A stretch of 64,000 bases of DNA from an uncultured Bdellovibrio sp. (lineage in GTDB: Bacteria; Bdellovibrionota; Bdellovibrionia; Bdellovibrionales; Bdellovibrionaceae): positions 115,576 through 179,575 of the forward strand of contig CBIHNI010000009.1 of assembly GCA_966211455.1 (NCBI GenBank), written 5' to 3'. The number at the start of each line of letters is the position of its first letter. The stretch's first letter is position 1. Below are positions 26,240 to 35,330 of the stretch, piece by piece. The position numbers and the translations under genes are program-made. The notes beneath the pieces are model-generated. The model searched no databases. It worked only from the letters and a program-made list of their open reading frames with translations, and was not told the origin of the DNA.

Positions 26240-27538
26240 TCATGCTGTAGATGGCTCCACAAGAGCCCGACGAAAATACTGAAAGCTTAATGCCGAACTT
26301 GCAACAGCAAGCGCGGTGGCAATCGCCGATCCATAAACTCCCCACACCGGAACAAAAGCTAAATTCAAAATAATATTCATCACCGCGATCGACATCATAA
26401 ACAAGGTCTGCCGCACTGGCTGCCCTGCCATGACGAAAATCGTATGAAATGGATAAAATCCAGAAGCCAACCAGATTCCGGTCATCAAAATCCCGAAGAT
26501 CTTCCAGCTTTGATGAAATTCAGTCGAAACATGCATCAACTGCAATCCATACGGAAAAAGAAAAATGGCCAGCGGCACCAATATAATCCCTGCGCCATAT
26601 ACCTTCTGAGCCGTTTGTCGAACCGTTTGGTTAAATTCCAGAAATTTTCTTTCGTGCAGCAATCGACCCAAGCGCGGATTGTAAATGTTCTGCAAAACCA
26701 CCAAAAACTGACTGAGCCCTTCGACAAATAACGCGGCAAAACTGTAGATTCCCGTTTCGCGATCCGAAAGGAAAAAACCGATAATCAAAACATCAACTCG
26801 AGAATTCAACTCAAGCAAAGCGCCTGAAATCAAACTTTGAAAGCCAAAGATTAAATACTTTTTATGTTCGGACCACTGAAGACGATACCGGCTTAGCTTT
26901 CGCCATAAAAAACCAAAGCGAAACAGAAAGACCAGAAACAAAAAACCTTCAGAGCCCGTAAAGACAAATGGCAACAGGCTACCGTCCCAACGAAAAACGA
27001 AAAATCCAATCAGTAACAGCAAAACACCAGCATAGCGCAGGCACTGGTAAAAAGCGTAATCTTTCATCCGATTTTGGCCGTTGATCACACCGAGAAAGAA
27101 CTTATTAAAGCTAAAAAACAGCAAACCCGGCGCAATCACCCAACAACCAATGGAAACCGGATCGCTTCCCAGAATCTGGGCCCACAGGTCAGCAGTTAAA
27201 ATAAGAACCATTGTCCAAAAGATCGCAATACCCAAAAGCATTTTAAAATGAACAATAAGAACCGAATGAAGGTCCTCGGATAGATCGGTATTTTGTTTTC
27301 CCACAGAATGCAAAATAGAAAGCTGCAAACCACCCGAGCTCAGCTGGGAAAAAATAATGTAAATCGCGATGACTTGATTCAGAATTCCCAAAGTGGCCGC
27401 ATCATAGAAATACCCCACCCCTACATTCAGAGCGACGCCAGAAATCCCAAGCAAACCAATGCTTAGAAAATTCAAAATGACATCACGTTTTCCCGAGGTA
27501 TTCGACATTGCAAAACCAGCTTTATTTCGAAAACTCAA
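26240..27538 (-). CDS. Wzx-type (MOP superfamily) polysaccharide flippase, copy 2
   Basis: 432 aa and polytopic throughout, with a Polysacc_synt-like layout. The TTG start at 27538 is preceded by GAGGGG 5 nt upstream; ATG at 27508 is an alternative. Confidence 0.78.
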   Translation of the reverse strand: MSFRNKAGFAMSNTSGKRDVILNFLSIGLLGISGVALNVGVGYFYDAATLGILNQVIAIYIIFSQLSSGGLQLSILHSVGKQNTDLSEDLHSVLIVHFKMLLGIAIFWTMVLILTADLWAQILGSDPVSIGCWVIAPGLLFFSFNKFFLGVINGQNRMKDYAFYQCLRYAGVLLLLIGFFVFRWDGSLLPFVFTGSEGFLFLVFLFRFGFLWRKLSRYRLQWSEHKKYLIFGFQSLISGALLELNSRVDVLIIGFFLSDRETGIYSFAALFVEGLSQFLVVLQNIYNPRLGRLLHERKFLEFNQTVRQTAQKVYGAGIILVPLAIFLFPYGLQLMHVSTEFHQSWKIFGILMTGIWLASGFYPFHTIFVMAGQPVRQTLFMMSIAVMNIILNLAFVPVWGVYGSAIATALAVASSALSFQYFRRALVEPSTA

Positions 27539-27763
27539 ACTATCCCCTCAAACCTTTTCGGAAGCATCATTTTGCGCCCCGCATAAGATGTCGCTTGAAA
27601 ATCCAAAATATGAATTTCAAGTTTCTAAATTGCTCAATGACATCAGATCTTCCTAAAGCCTCGAAGCAGGCTCTACGAAAGAGAAAAAGGGTTGCCCAAG
27701 AGACTATCGGACACTAATCTAAATCCCTCATAAATAGGCTAATTTTTCTAAGGACTTAAGATC

Positions 27764-29695
27764 ATGCTCGGGCAAAAAGTGGCCAAGTGGTTCTCTCATC
27801 CGATTCTGGTAATTTTGCCCATTTGTCTACTTGTTTCACTTTTTAATTATTGGAACTTTGATCTGATCAATGCGATTTCCGGTTACAGTGCTCACGACTG
27901 GATCAACAAACTTTTTAATCCTTCGAACTTCAGTCGTGATTTTCCGTCTATCATTGATGATTATAAGGCTTCTCTGGCGATGTATCCATACAAGTGGATG
28001 TGGCAGTACTTTCATATGCCAGTCGATTTCACTTTGCCAGTTTACATGTTTTTCGAAGTTCTGGCTTTATCGCTCGCTCTTTGGCACTTATGCGGAATCT
28101 TGATTCCGAAATGCAATTGGATGGTGCGAACCTTGGTCATCTTATTGACCTTATCTGGATACGCCCGAGATGTGAACTTAGCTCGCTTTCATCAACCGAC
28201 GATTTGGGGTTTGTATTATAACTTTGCTGATGCCTTTCGTCTGGCGGGCGTCAGCTTCTTTTTGCGTCGGAGGGCTTGGATGGGGGCTTTTTTTCTAGCT
28301 CTCACGTTTATGTGCCATCCCGTCTTAGGTTTGATCTCTGGGATTTTTGTCGGCAGCCTTTTTCTTTTTTCCCGAAAAGATTTGCCCTGGCAAACTTGGA
28401 TCGGTTCATTTGGACTTTTTGCTGTTCTTTCTCTTGGCTGGATTTTTTTGACCGGAACTGCAGCGCAGGTTGGCACCTCCAAAATTCCAATCGATATGTG
28501 GTTTCAAATCACCGAAATGACCAATTACCATTGGTATCCCTTCAGCTTTGGCCTTCTGACAACAGATGCCCACGAGCGCTTGCTGCCCTTTTTATGCCTT
28601 CTGCTATTATCCATGGCATACTTTCTGGGAAAGCAGCCACTATCTGATATTGATCAAAAAGTACTTCGCGGTTCTGCAATTCTTCTGGCCATCACCGGTC
28701 TTGGAGTAATCATTTCGGTGCTGAAGCCAAGCCCAATGTTGATTAAGATGGCGCTTCACCGATCCAACGACCTGGTAGCATTTATGGCCTTACCTTATTT
28801 TGCACAGTTTATTTTTCAAGTTTTTCAAACTTCAAATTTCTTTTTTAAAACATTGGCAACCTTGGTGACCTGCACTTGTTTTGCTTTTTTTCCTGGGTAT
28901 TCCATTCCTTTGACAGTACTTTTGGCCTCAGACAAATTGTGGACAACTGGGCGTGGATATCTCAAAAATATTTTTATCCTGATCTTGACCACCACCATAC
29001 TTCTGCCTGTTATTTACAAATTCGCTGGAATTCGCGTGAGCTGGAGCTCGTCGACCTATCAGCTCCCACTGTGGTTCGTAATAACAGGGCTTATCGGGCT
29101 TGTGTGCTTTTTTGTTTTTAGAAAAAATAAGATTTGGACAAACATGCTGATTGGCGCAGCAATCTTAGTTGCCTTTGGCTTTTCCCTTTGGCAGCTCCAG
29201 CAAGAGCGACTGTGGCCAGAAGAAAATCGAAAAATGGCGCAAGATTACAAAGATGTTCAGCTTTGGGCTTCAGAGCACACTGATCCTCAAGCTCTTTTTC
29301 TTCCCGAACCTGTCACTTTCTATGCTTGGCGCGGCTATGCCAATCGCAGCTCGGCCGGCAATCTTCGCGAGTGGATTTCCGTCGGCTGGTATTACAACTC
29401 AAACTATGACAGTTACATCGAAGGACAGAAACGCTACGAAGAATTTGGATTTCAGACTAAAAATTATTTTGGCAGATCCCCCCCCATCCAAGGCTTCATT
29501 GATCTGACAAATGATTTCGAAAAAAAGTTCTACAGCCTGTCAGACAACGACTTTCTGAATTTCGCCGGCAAGTACAAAATCGATTATATGGTTCTACGAA
29601 AACCCAAGCTGGGACGCAAAACCGAGCTTCCAGTGGCTTACGAAAATGAAAACTATCTCTTGGTTAAAACCGCTTCAACAAAGGCAGAAAAGTGA
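27764..29695 (+). CDS. Large polytopic membrane protein with C-terminal soluble domain (possible GT-C-type transferase/polymerase; family unknown)
   Basis: 643 aa with about 14 hydrophobic segments, then ~150 soluble residues (YKDVQLWASEHTD...KIDYMVLRK). AAGGA lies 9 nt before the ATG. Contains a C8 homopolymer. Confidence 0.45.
   Translation: MLGQKVAKWFSHPILVILPICLLVSLFNYWNFDLINAISGYSAHDWINKLFNPSNFSRDFPSIIDDYKASLAMYPYKWMWQYFHMPVDFTLPVYMFFEVLALSLALWHLCGILIPKCNWMVRTLVILLTLSGYARDVNLARFHQPTIWGLYYNFADAFRLAGVSFFLRRRAWMGAFFLALTFMCHPVLGLISGIFVGSLFLFSRKDLPWQTWIGSFGLFAVLSLGWIFLTGTAAQVGTSKIPIDMWFQITEMTNYHWYPFSFGLLTTDAHERLLPFLCLLLLSMAYFLGKQPLSDIDQKVLRGSAILLAITGLGVIISVLKPSPMLIKMALHRSNDLVAFMALPYFAQFIFQVFQTSNFFFKTLATLVTCTCFAFFPGYSIPLTVLLASDKLWTTGRGYLKNIFILILTTTILLPVIYKFAGIRVSWSSSTYQLPLWFVITGLIGLVCFFVFRKNKIWTNMLIGAAILVAFGFSLWQLQQERLWPEENRKMAQDYKDVQLWASEHTDPQALFLPEPVTFYAWRGYANRSSAGNLREWISVGWYYNSNYDSYIEGQKRYEEFGFQTKNYFGRSPPIQGFIDLTNDFEKKFYSLSDNDFLNFAGKYKIDYMVLRKPKLGRKTELPVAYENENYLLVKTASTKAEK
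29478..29485 (+). repeat. Poly-C (C8) homopolymer inside CDS 27764-29695
   Basis: Read directly: ggcagatCCCCCCCCatcc, encoding R-S-P-P-I. Confidence 0.95.
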
Positions 29696-29696
29696 T

Positions 29697-30608
29697 ATGA
29701 GCACCACACATCAGATCAATCATTCTGGCTTGAGAAAAGACTATCTGAAGGTTTCCCACCAAGTGATCAATGTCGCGAGGCTACTTGGATCCCATATTGC
29801 TTTCGGCCTCAGCCTTTGGATGATTTATCATTTTCTATCAGGAGCGATGGCCTGGCTTTTGACCCTGGTTGCGATTTTTTTGCACCAAAAGGAAATGAGC
29901 GAATGGGTTCACGAAGCCAGCCATTATAACCTTTTGAAAAACCGCAAATGGAACGATCTCTTGATCAATGCAGTGACCGCACCTTTATTCGGTGTAAGCA
30001 TAGCGCAGTACCGCAACTTGCATTTTTCCCATCATAGCGCCGAAGCATTTTTCACTTCCGATGATCCCGATACACGATCTATGATTGCGCGCAATCGACA
30101 CCAGCTTTATCGGGATTGTCTCTTAGATCTAACTGGAGTTCGGGCTTTGCAAATATATTTGCAAGTGGCATTAAAGCCTCAGACAAATGGCAAAAAAGAA
30201 AATAGATCTCTCGGATTCTTTTTTTATATGTGCACCTTCCATTCTTGTCTTTTGGTGTTTTTTATTTCAGTTGGACAATGGCAGATTTATTTCCTGTACA
30301 TGTTGAATCTTATTTCTATTTACCAGCTCTTTAGCCGTCTTCGTACTTACGGGCAGCACGCAGGCCTTCGCACAGATGGAACAACCCAAACTTTCGAAAC
30401 ACGGAACTCCAGAACTATGGTGGCCGGTTTTTGGGACCGCGTTGTTTTCAATTCGAAGTTGATGCTCTATCACCACGAACATCACCTTTACCCAACACTG
30501 CCCTACCGCGCACTTGAAGCCATTTCCCAACCCCAAAATGATCCCAATCTTTATTGCACCAGCAGGTGGAGCATTTTAAAGGGACTGACAAAAGGGGAAG
30601 AAATATGA
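29697..30608 (+). CDS. Membrane di-iron fatty-acid desaturase/hydroxylase family protein
   Basis: 303 aa from the ATG at 29697, 1 nt after the upstream stop. Three His boxes are present: HEASH, HFSHH, HHEHH. Hydrophobic segments flank them. Confidence 0.8.
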   Translation: MSTTHQINHSGLRKDYLKVSHQVINVARLLGSHIAFGLSLWMIYHFLSGAMAWLLTLVAIFLHQKEMSEWVHEASHYNLLKNRKWNDLLINAVTAPLFGVSIAQYRNLHFSHHSAEAFFTSDDPDTRSMIARNRHQLYRDCLLDLTGVRALQIYLQVALKPQTNGKKENRSLGFFFYMCTFHSCLLVFFISVGQWQIYFLYMLNLISIYQLFSRLRTYGQHAGLRTDGTTQTFETRNSRTMVAGFWDRVVFNSKLMLYHHEHHLYPTLPYRALEAISQPQNDPNLYCTSRWSILKGLTKGEEI

Positions 30609-31537
30609 CGGCAACTTGCCCTGCTTGCAAAAGTTCCGATGTGATACTTTTCGTCAGCCATCCCCAAGACCGCGAATATTTCGTGAAAAGAACTGTCTCG
30701 GCGCAAATTCTACGTTGCAAAACATGCTTATCGTTATTCCAAGATCCGCTGCCAACAGCTGAAGAAACGTCGACATTTTATGGTCCTTCCTATCAGCAGT
30801 ATGCTAAAAGCTCGATTCCTTTCCTGAGCGAGATTTACACACGCACACAGAATCTAGCGGCGGAAAAATTTGTAAGGACCCATGGGAAAGACCAAAAGGT
30901 TTTAGATTTTGGCTGCGGACACGGTTTTTTTCTTTCGGCGCTTCACCGGGTGGGATGCACCCGTCTTTACGGTTTTGATTTTGTTCCACAAAATCTGGAT
31001 GAGCTTTCGGGGGTGACTCAATATTTTGATACTCTGATATCTCTTGCAAATTGCGGCCTTCAATTCGATATCATTCGAATGAACCACGTGATCGAGCATC
31101 TGGTTGATCTGGATCAAACGATGGTTCTTTTACGCCGCTTGCTCAGTCCGAATGGACAAATTATCGGACAGACTCCGAACGCCGCTCATTACACCTCAGA
31201 TTTTTTTAAGTCTTGGTGGGGGCCCCTGCATTACCCCTACCATACGATTCTGCTAAGCCCAAAGAGCTTGCAGGCAGCTCACAAGCGTTGGGGATTTCAA
31301 TCTGTTTCTATTTTCAAAAGCCTGATGCCAACAGCCTGGGCTATGACTTTTGAAAATTGGTGTAAGGCATGCAGCGGAAGCCACCAAACTGGAAGAACAC
31401 CGATTTACAGTCTCTTATTGATGTGTTCGATACCTTTTATTTTACTCGATAAGTTCGTTCCATTTTTATCAACCGGAATCATGGACTATACGCTTAAAAT
31501 CACGGCAGATAAATCTTTATCCCGAGGTAAAAAATAA
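30605..31537 (+). CDS. Class I SAM-dependent methyltransferase with N-terminal CxxC...CxxC zinc ribbon
   Basis: 310 aa. CPACKS...CKTC, VLDFGCGHGFFLSAL (motif I), FDIIRMNHVIEHL. ATGA overlap with the desaturase stop. Confidence 0.8.
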   Translation: MTATCPACKSSDVILFVSHPQDREYFVKRTVSAQILRCKTCLSLFQDPLPTAEETSTFYGPSYQQYAKSSIPFLSEIYTRTQNLAAEKFVRTHGKDQKVLDFGCGHGFFLSALHRVGCTRLYGFDFVPQNLDELSGVTQYFDTLISLANCGLQFDIIRMNHVIEHLVDLDQTMVLLRRLLSPNGQIIGQTPNAAHYTSDFFKSWWGPLHYPYHTILLSPKSLQAAHKRWGFQSVSIFKSLMPTAWAMTFENWCKACSGSHQTGRTPIYSLLLMCSIPFILLDKFVPFLSTGIMDYTLKITADKSLSRGKK

Positions 31538-32295
31538 TGATTCGAAACTATCTTCCCGAGAAAATTTCAATCGAGCTTTTTGGTAATCGAAAAAAATATG
31601 GAATGAAACCCGCATCTGAAGATCCTGATTGGACGCGGTGGCTTCAGAATTATCCCACAATTTATTTTTCAACACAGCGAAGCTCAAGTCTTTTTGCAGG
31701 TGTGAATAATTCTGGATATAAAATTCTTCACTTGCTGGATTTAACGGGATTAAATGTCGCCGAAATTGGTCCCGGTGGTTGCTATCACTTTCCTTATTTT
31801 AAGGGCATTCCTAAACTGTACACAGCGATCGATATCAGCAAAGAATTTCTGAACTTAGCGGAATCAGAGTGTCGAAAAAGGAATTTTCCCTGCGAAATGA
31901 AGCAAAACAACCTGGATCGACCCCAGATTTCTCTACCAGATCAAAGCCAGGATATTTTCATTTCTTTTTATTCTTTGGAACACATTTCACCTCTTGAACA
32001 ATGGCTCGATGAAATTTTTCGAATTCTTAAGCCCGGTGGTCTTTTGGTGGGGAGCATTCCAACAGAAGGCGGTCTAGCTTGGGGATTGGGTCGCTGGCTT
32101 ACCAGTCGACGTATTTTAAAACAAAAGTTTGATTTTGAAGTGCGCAAAATGATCTGTTGGGAACACCCCAACTTTTCCGACGATATCCTAAATGCACTCA
32201 AAAAAAGGGGGCATCTCAAGGCGCAATCTTGGCCCTTGCGCGGGCTTCCCCTTGACCTCAATTTGACCGTCAGCTTCACGGTGCAAAAGCCATAA
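31537..32295 (+). CDS. Class I SAM-dependent methyltransferase
   Basis: 252 aa. VAEIGPGGCYHF (motif I), IFISFYSLEHI, LKPGGLLVGSIP. TAATG overlap with the upstream gene. Confidence 0.75.
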   Translation: MIRNYLPEKISIELFGNRKKYGMKPASEDPDWTRWLQNYPTIYFSTQRSSSLFAGVNNSGYKILHLLDLTGLNVAEIGPGGCYHFPYFKGIPKLYTAIDISKEFLNLAESECRKRNFPCEMKQNNLDRPQISLPDQSQDIFISFYSLEHISPLEQWLDEIFRILKPGGLLVGSIPTEGGLAWGLGRWLTSRRILKQKFDFEVRKMICWEHPNFSDDILNALKKRGHLKAQSWPLRGLPLDLNLTVSFTVQKP

Positions 32296-32327
32296 AACAT
32301 AGATTAGGCCGAGCAGACCCAAAGACA

Positions 32328-32356
32328 TTGACAGCCCTCCCGATCGGATCAAATAT
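32328..32356 (+). promoter_or_regulatory. Candidate internal promoter (TTGACA-N17-AAATAT), possibly leaderless, for the 32368 gene
   Basis: Consensus -35 at 32328-32333, a 17-nt spacer, and -10 at 32351-32356. The ATG at 32368 is only 11 nt downstream, with no Shine-Dalgarno sequence. Confidence 0.35.
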
Positions 32357-32367
32357 GGCCCTATCTT

Positions 32368-33714
32368 ATGGCAAAAACGTCAAATCCCCATTCGGAAAAA
32401 AGTTGTATCCTGATTGAACTCAATGAATTCAATTACGACCTGATGAAAACCATCGCGGATGAAGAGTCTTTTGAAAGTATCAAAAAACTTCTCAGTCTGA
32501 AAACAATCGCGACCAAAACAGATGACAGCTACGAAAGCGAGCGCCTTGAGCCGTGGGTTCAGTGGATTTCGGTTCATACGGGACAAACCTCTTTGCAGCA
32601 CTCGGTTCGCCATCTCGGGGATGTTCCGGATCTACAGGTACCTCAGCTTTGGGAAACACTTTCTAAAAATGGCATCAGCTCTGGCATTTGGGGTGTACTG
32701 AACGGAAATCGAGGGCAAGCTGAAAACTGTCAATTCTTTCTCCCGGACCCTTGGACTTTTTCAGAACAAGCTCATCCTAGAAACCTAAACCCCTTGCTGG
32801 AATTTCCAAGATACATAGCAACGAATCGTTCGAACTTTTCACCACTGAAATTTGCTCGGCTGCTCTTCGCTTTTGGTGGGAAACTGGTTTTTAATTTTTC
32901 CGCCCTGAAAGATCTTGTTTGGATTTTACCGCGCTTTTTGAAAATGGTCGCGAAGTATCCAAAAGCCGAATTTGTTGGTTACTGCCCGTTTGAATATTTC
33001 TCTGGAATGCTTTTTCTGAAATTCTACAAAAGGGAAAAGCCCGCTTTTGGTGCAGTTTTTTTGAATATGATCGCGCACCTTCAACATTACTATTGGGATT
33101 TTTCGATTCCGGGGAATCGCGACAAGCTGGTGTATGGTTTTAAGTTTGTCGATAAACTGCTCGAACACTTCTTCAATGAGATTTCGCCCGGCACCCAAAT
33201 TTACGTCGCCAATGCTCTTTCGCAGGCCAACACCAACCACGAAAAGCCTTGGGTTTCATACCGACCAGTGAAATTTGAAACTGTATTGGATTTGCTGCAG
33301 GTTCCTTACAAGGAAGTTAACGCATTGATGAGTTACGATGCCACAGCTTCTTTTGAATCCGAAGAAAAATGCCGGCAGGCAAAAAAGATCCTGGATGAAA
33401 CCACGATTTTGGGACAGCCACTGTTTTATACTGAACTCAATCTCCACACCCCGACACGATTATTTTTCCGTACCGGATTTTATGACGAAGTCTTCGCCCC
33501 GACGGAATTCAAATCTCAAGGGAAGTCTTTTTCTTTCCAGGATAACTTTATCGCTTTAGCCGTACGAACGGCGAAGCACGTCCCACGCGGGACCTTGCTG
33601 ACCACCGATCCAGCCGTCCAAGGACCAATCTACAACCATCAGATTTACGATACCATTTGCCGTTTTTTCGGTATTTCCGTCCCACAACAGACATCTTCAC
33701 AGCCTTCTTTATGA
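32368..33714 (+). CDS. Hypothetical protein, possibly a divergent alkaline-phosphatase-superfamily (phosphodiesterase/phosphotransferase-like) enzyme
   Basis: 448 aa and soluble. The N-terminal pattern ILIELNEFNYDLM...LEPWVQWISVHTGQTSLQHSV loosely follows the metal-site and nucleophile blocks of NPP/PglZ-like enzymes, but with substitutions. The call is weak. Confidence 0.3.
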   Translation: MAKTSNPHSEKSCILIELNEFNYDLMKTIADEESFESIKKLLSLKTIATKTDDSYESERLEPWVQWISVHTGQTSLQHSVRHLGDVPDLQVPQLWETLSKNGISSGIWGVLNGNRGQAENCQFFLPDPWTFSEQAHPRNLNPLLEFPRYIATNRSNFSPLKFARLLFAFGGKLVFNFSALKDLVWILPRFLKMVAKYPKAEFVGYCPFEYFSGMLFLKFYKREKPAFGAVFLNMIAHLQHYYWDFSIPGNRDKLVYGFKFVDKLLEHFFNEISPGTQIYVANALSQANTNHEKPWVSYRPVKFETVLDLLQVPYKEVNALMSYDATASFESEEKCRQAKKILDETTILGQPLFYTELNLHTPTRLFFRTGFYDEVFAPTEFKSQGKSFSFQDNFIALAVRTAKHVPRGTLLTTDPAVQGPIYNHQIYDTICRFFGISVPQQTSSQPSL

Positions 33715-33723
33715 GAAGGCTGT
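33699..33723. terminator. Weak hairpin (9-bp stem) at a convergent gene junction
   Basis: ACAGCCTTC-N7-GAAGGCTGT spans the TGA stop at 33712-33714. No U-tract follows. Confidence 0.25.
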
Positions 33724-33772
33724 ATAAACGAAGTATCAGATTTTATCCGTAGTTTTTGAAACTCTATTTAAT

Positions 33773-35329
33773 TTAGGGAGCAATTGGCTTTTCCGCTAAA
33801 ATGGGCCTGCTCGTAGACATCAAAAGCTTTTCATACAATTTAAAAAGAACATTTCTTTCCTGCTCCCAGCAAAGTTCTTCTTGAGCCCGCTGGATGTTCG
33901 CATTTAATTCACGACGGAAGGTTTGATCCACCGTTAGCTTTTGCAGATTTGCCACAAGTGAATCGTGATTATAATTGTCAAATAAAGCACCACAGCCGTA
34001 CTTGCGAATATGGTTTTCCAGCTCAGGAAGACGACAAGCCAAAATTGGTAGACCTGCCTGGATACTTTCAAAGAATTTATTTGGCAACGTATAGAAGTAA
34101 CTCAAACAAATCGGATCCATTGAAACAACCGAAAAATCAGCGGATGAAGCCCAGCTTGAAACCTCTCCGGTTGGCACCGGTCCGTAATGAAAGACTCGAT
34201 TCTTCAGATTCAACAGATCGACTTTTTTCCAAAACTCGATCGCGAAATTTGTGTCGAAATATCCAAGCAAAACAAATTTCAAATCTGGATGCACATGCGG
34301 CAAAGCCTCTAGAATCCCCATCACACCACGATTGTAGGTGATCTTTCCTACGTACAGACCAATGACATCCTTATCAGTCAGTCCCAACTTTTGGCGTAAA
34401 TCAAATTTGCCTTTTTCAAAATGGACACGATACGGGGTGTTTCTAATCACAACTGGATCGGCGACACCATGAAACTGTCCTAAATGCTGAGCGATTTTCT
34501 CACAAACCGTAATGGCTCCGGCTGCCTTTTTGATAGATTCACGCTCATAGTGGATCTCCCAGATTTTTTCCTCATAGGTAATCGGAGTCTTGCCACGATT
34601 GCGATCAACCCACAGCTCATGGGAATCGTAAATATAAGGAATTTTCAGCTTTTCATGAATCATTCGCGCCGCAGGCAAGGTGTTAAAATCATGCGCGTGC
34701 ACAATCTCCGGCGAAAAACCCTGTGCCAATGCCAATGCTTGACGGCCGAAGCGAAAGTAACTTTCCTGACGAGATTTAAATTCCGCTGACAAAATCGCTC
34801 GTAAAATATTTGAAACCCGCAGCGAATCCAGATGGCGAATTTTATCCAAAAGGAAAATAACCTGAAAGACCTTCTTTTGCCACCAGCGCAACTTGCTTAG
34901 AATTTTAAATGTCCATGGCGTTTTTGTTAATGCATTCACCACTGGTTTACGAATAGTTTTTGGAATCAAAAGCCAAGGCGAAGTGACATACATTAGCTTG
35001 TCTGTCGTAAAGAATGGTTTTTTCGATTCGACATAAATCGAAGGTGTCCCTTTCCCAGAGCCAGCCTTTGCGCCACCGCTTCCATTTTTAATACCAAACA
35101 AAGTTCCCGTCGGGTGTCCCAACTGTGGATCTGCACTGACACGCCAAATGTCGTAACCCAAGGCATGTCGCTCTTTAAGCACTTGCTCCGGCTGCCCAAT
35201 GGCGCCTAAGCAAACTAAAGCTAACTGCGCCCCTTGATCCAGTAAGGCTTTCGCACAGCGCTCCACGCGCGAGTCATGCTCGTGCGTGTTCAAAACCAAC
35301 ATCATGATTTTTTTTCCGGCGATCGACAT
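33773..35329 (-). CDS. GT4-family (GT-B) glycosyltransferase with long N-terminal domain
   Basis: 518 aa. IVHAHDFNTLPAARM and the C-terminal LPNKFFESIQAGLPILACRLPEL. An A8 tract covers codons 5-8, and the downstream ATG-ATG (MMLVLN...) is an alternative start. Confidence 0.8.
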   Translation of the reverse strand: MSIAGKKIMMLVLNTHEHDSRVERCAKALLDQGAQLALVCLGAIGQPEQVLKERHALGYDIWRVSADPQLGHPTGTLFGIKNGSGGAKAGSGKGTPSIYVESKKPFFTTDKLMYVTSPWLLIPKTIRKPVVNALTKTPWTFKILSKLRWWQKKVFQVIFLLDKIRHLDSLRVSNILRAILSAEFKSRQESYFRFGRQALALAQGFSPEIVHAHDFNTLPAARMIHEKLKIPYIYDSHELWVDRNRGKTPITYEEKIWEIHYERESIKKAAGAITVCEKIAQHLGQFHGVADPVVIRNTPYRVHFEKGKFDLRQKLGLTDKDVIGLYVGKITYNRGVMGILEALPHVHPDLKFVLLGYFDTNFAIEFWKKVDLLNLKNRVFHYGPVPTGEVSSWASSADFSVVSMDPICLSYFYTLPNKFFESIQAGLPILACRLPELENHIRKYGCGALFDNYNHDSLVANLQKLTVDQTFRRELNANIQRAQEELCWEQERNVLFKLYEKLLMSTSRPILAEKPIAP

Positions 35330-35330
35330 C

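Noticed and set aside
27459-27717. Two small ORFs (65 and 69 aa) in or near the 225-bp divergent region
   Set aside because: Both begin inside the flippase coding sequence on the opposite strand. Neither has a ribosome-binding site or a recognisable motif.
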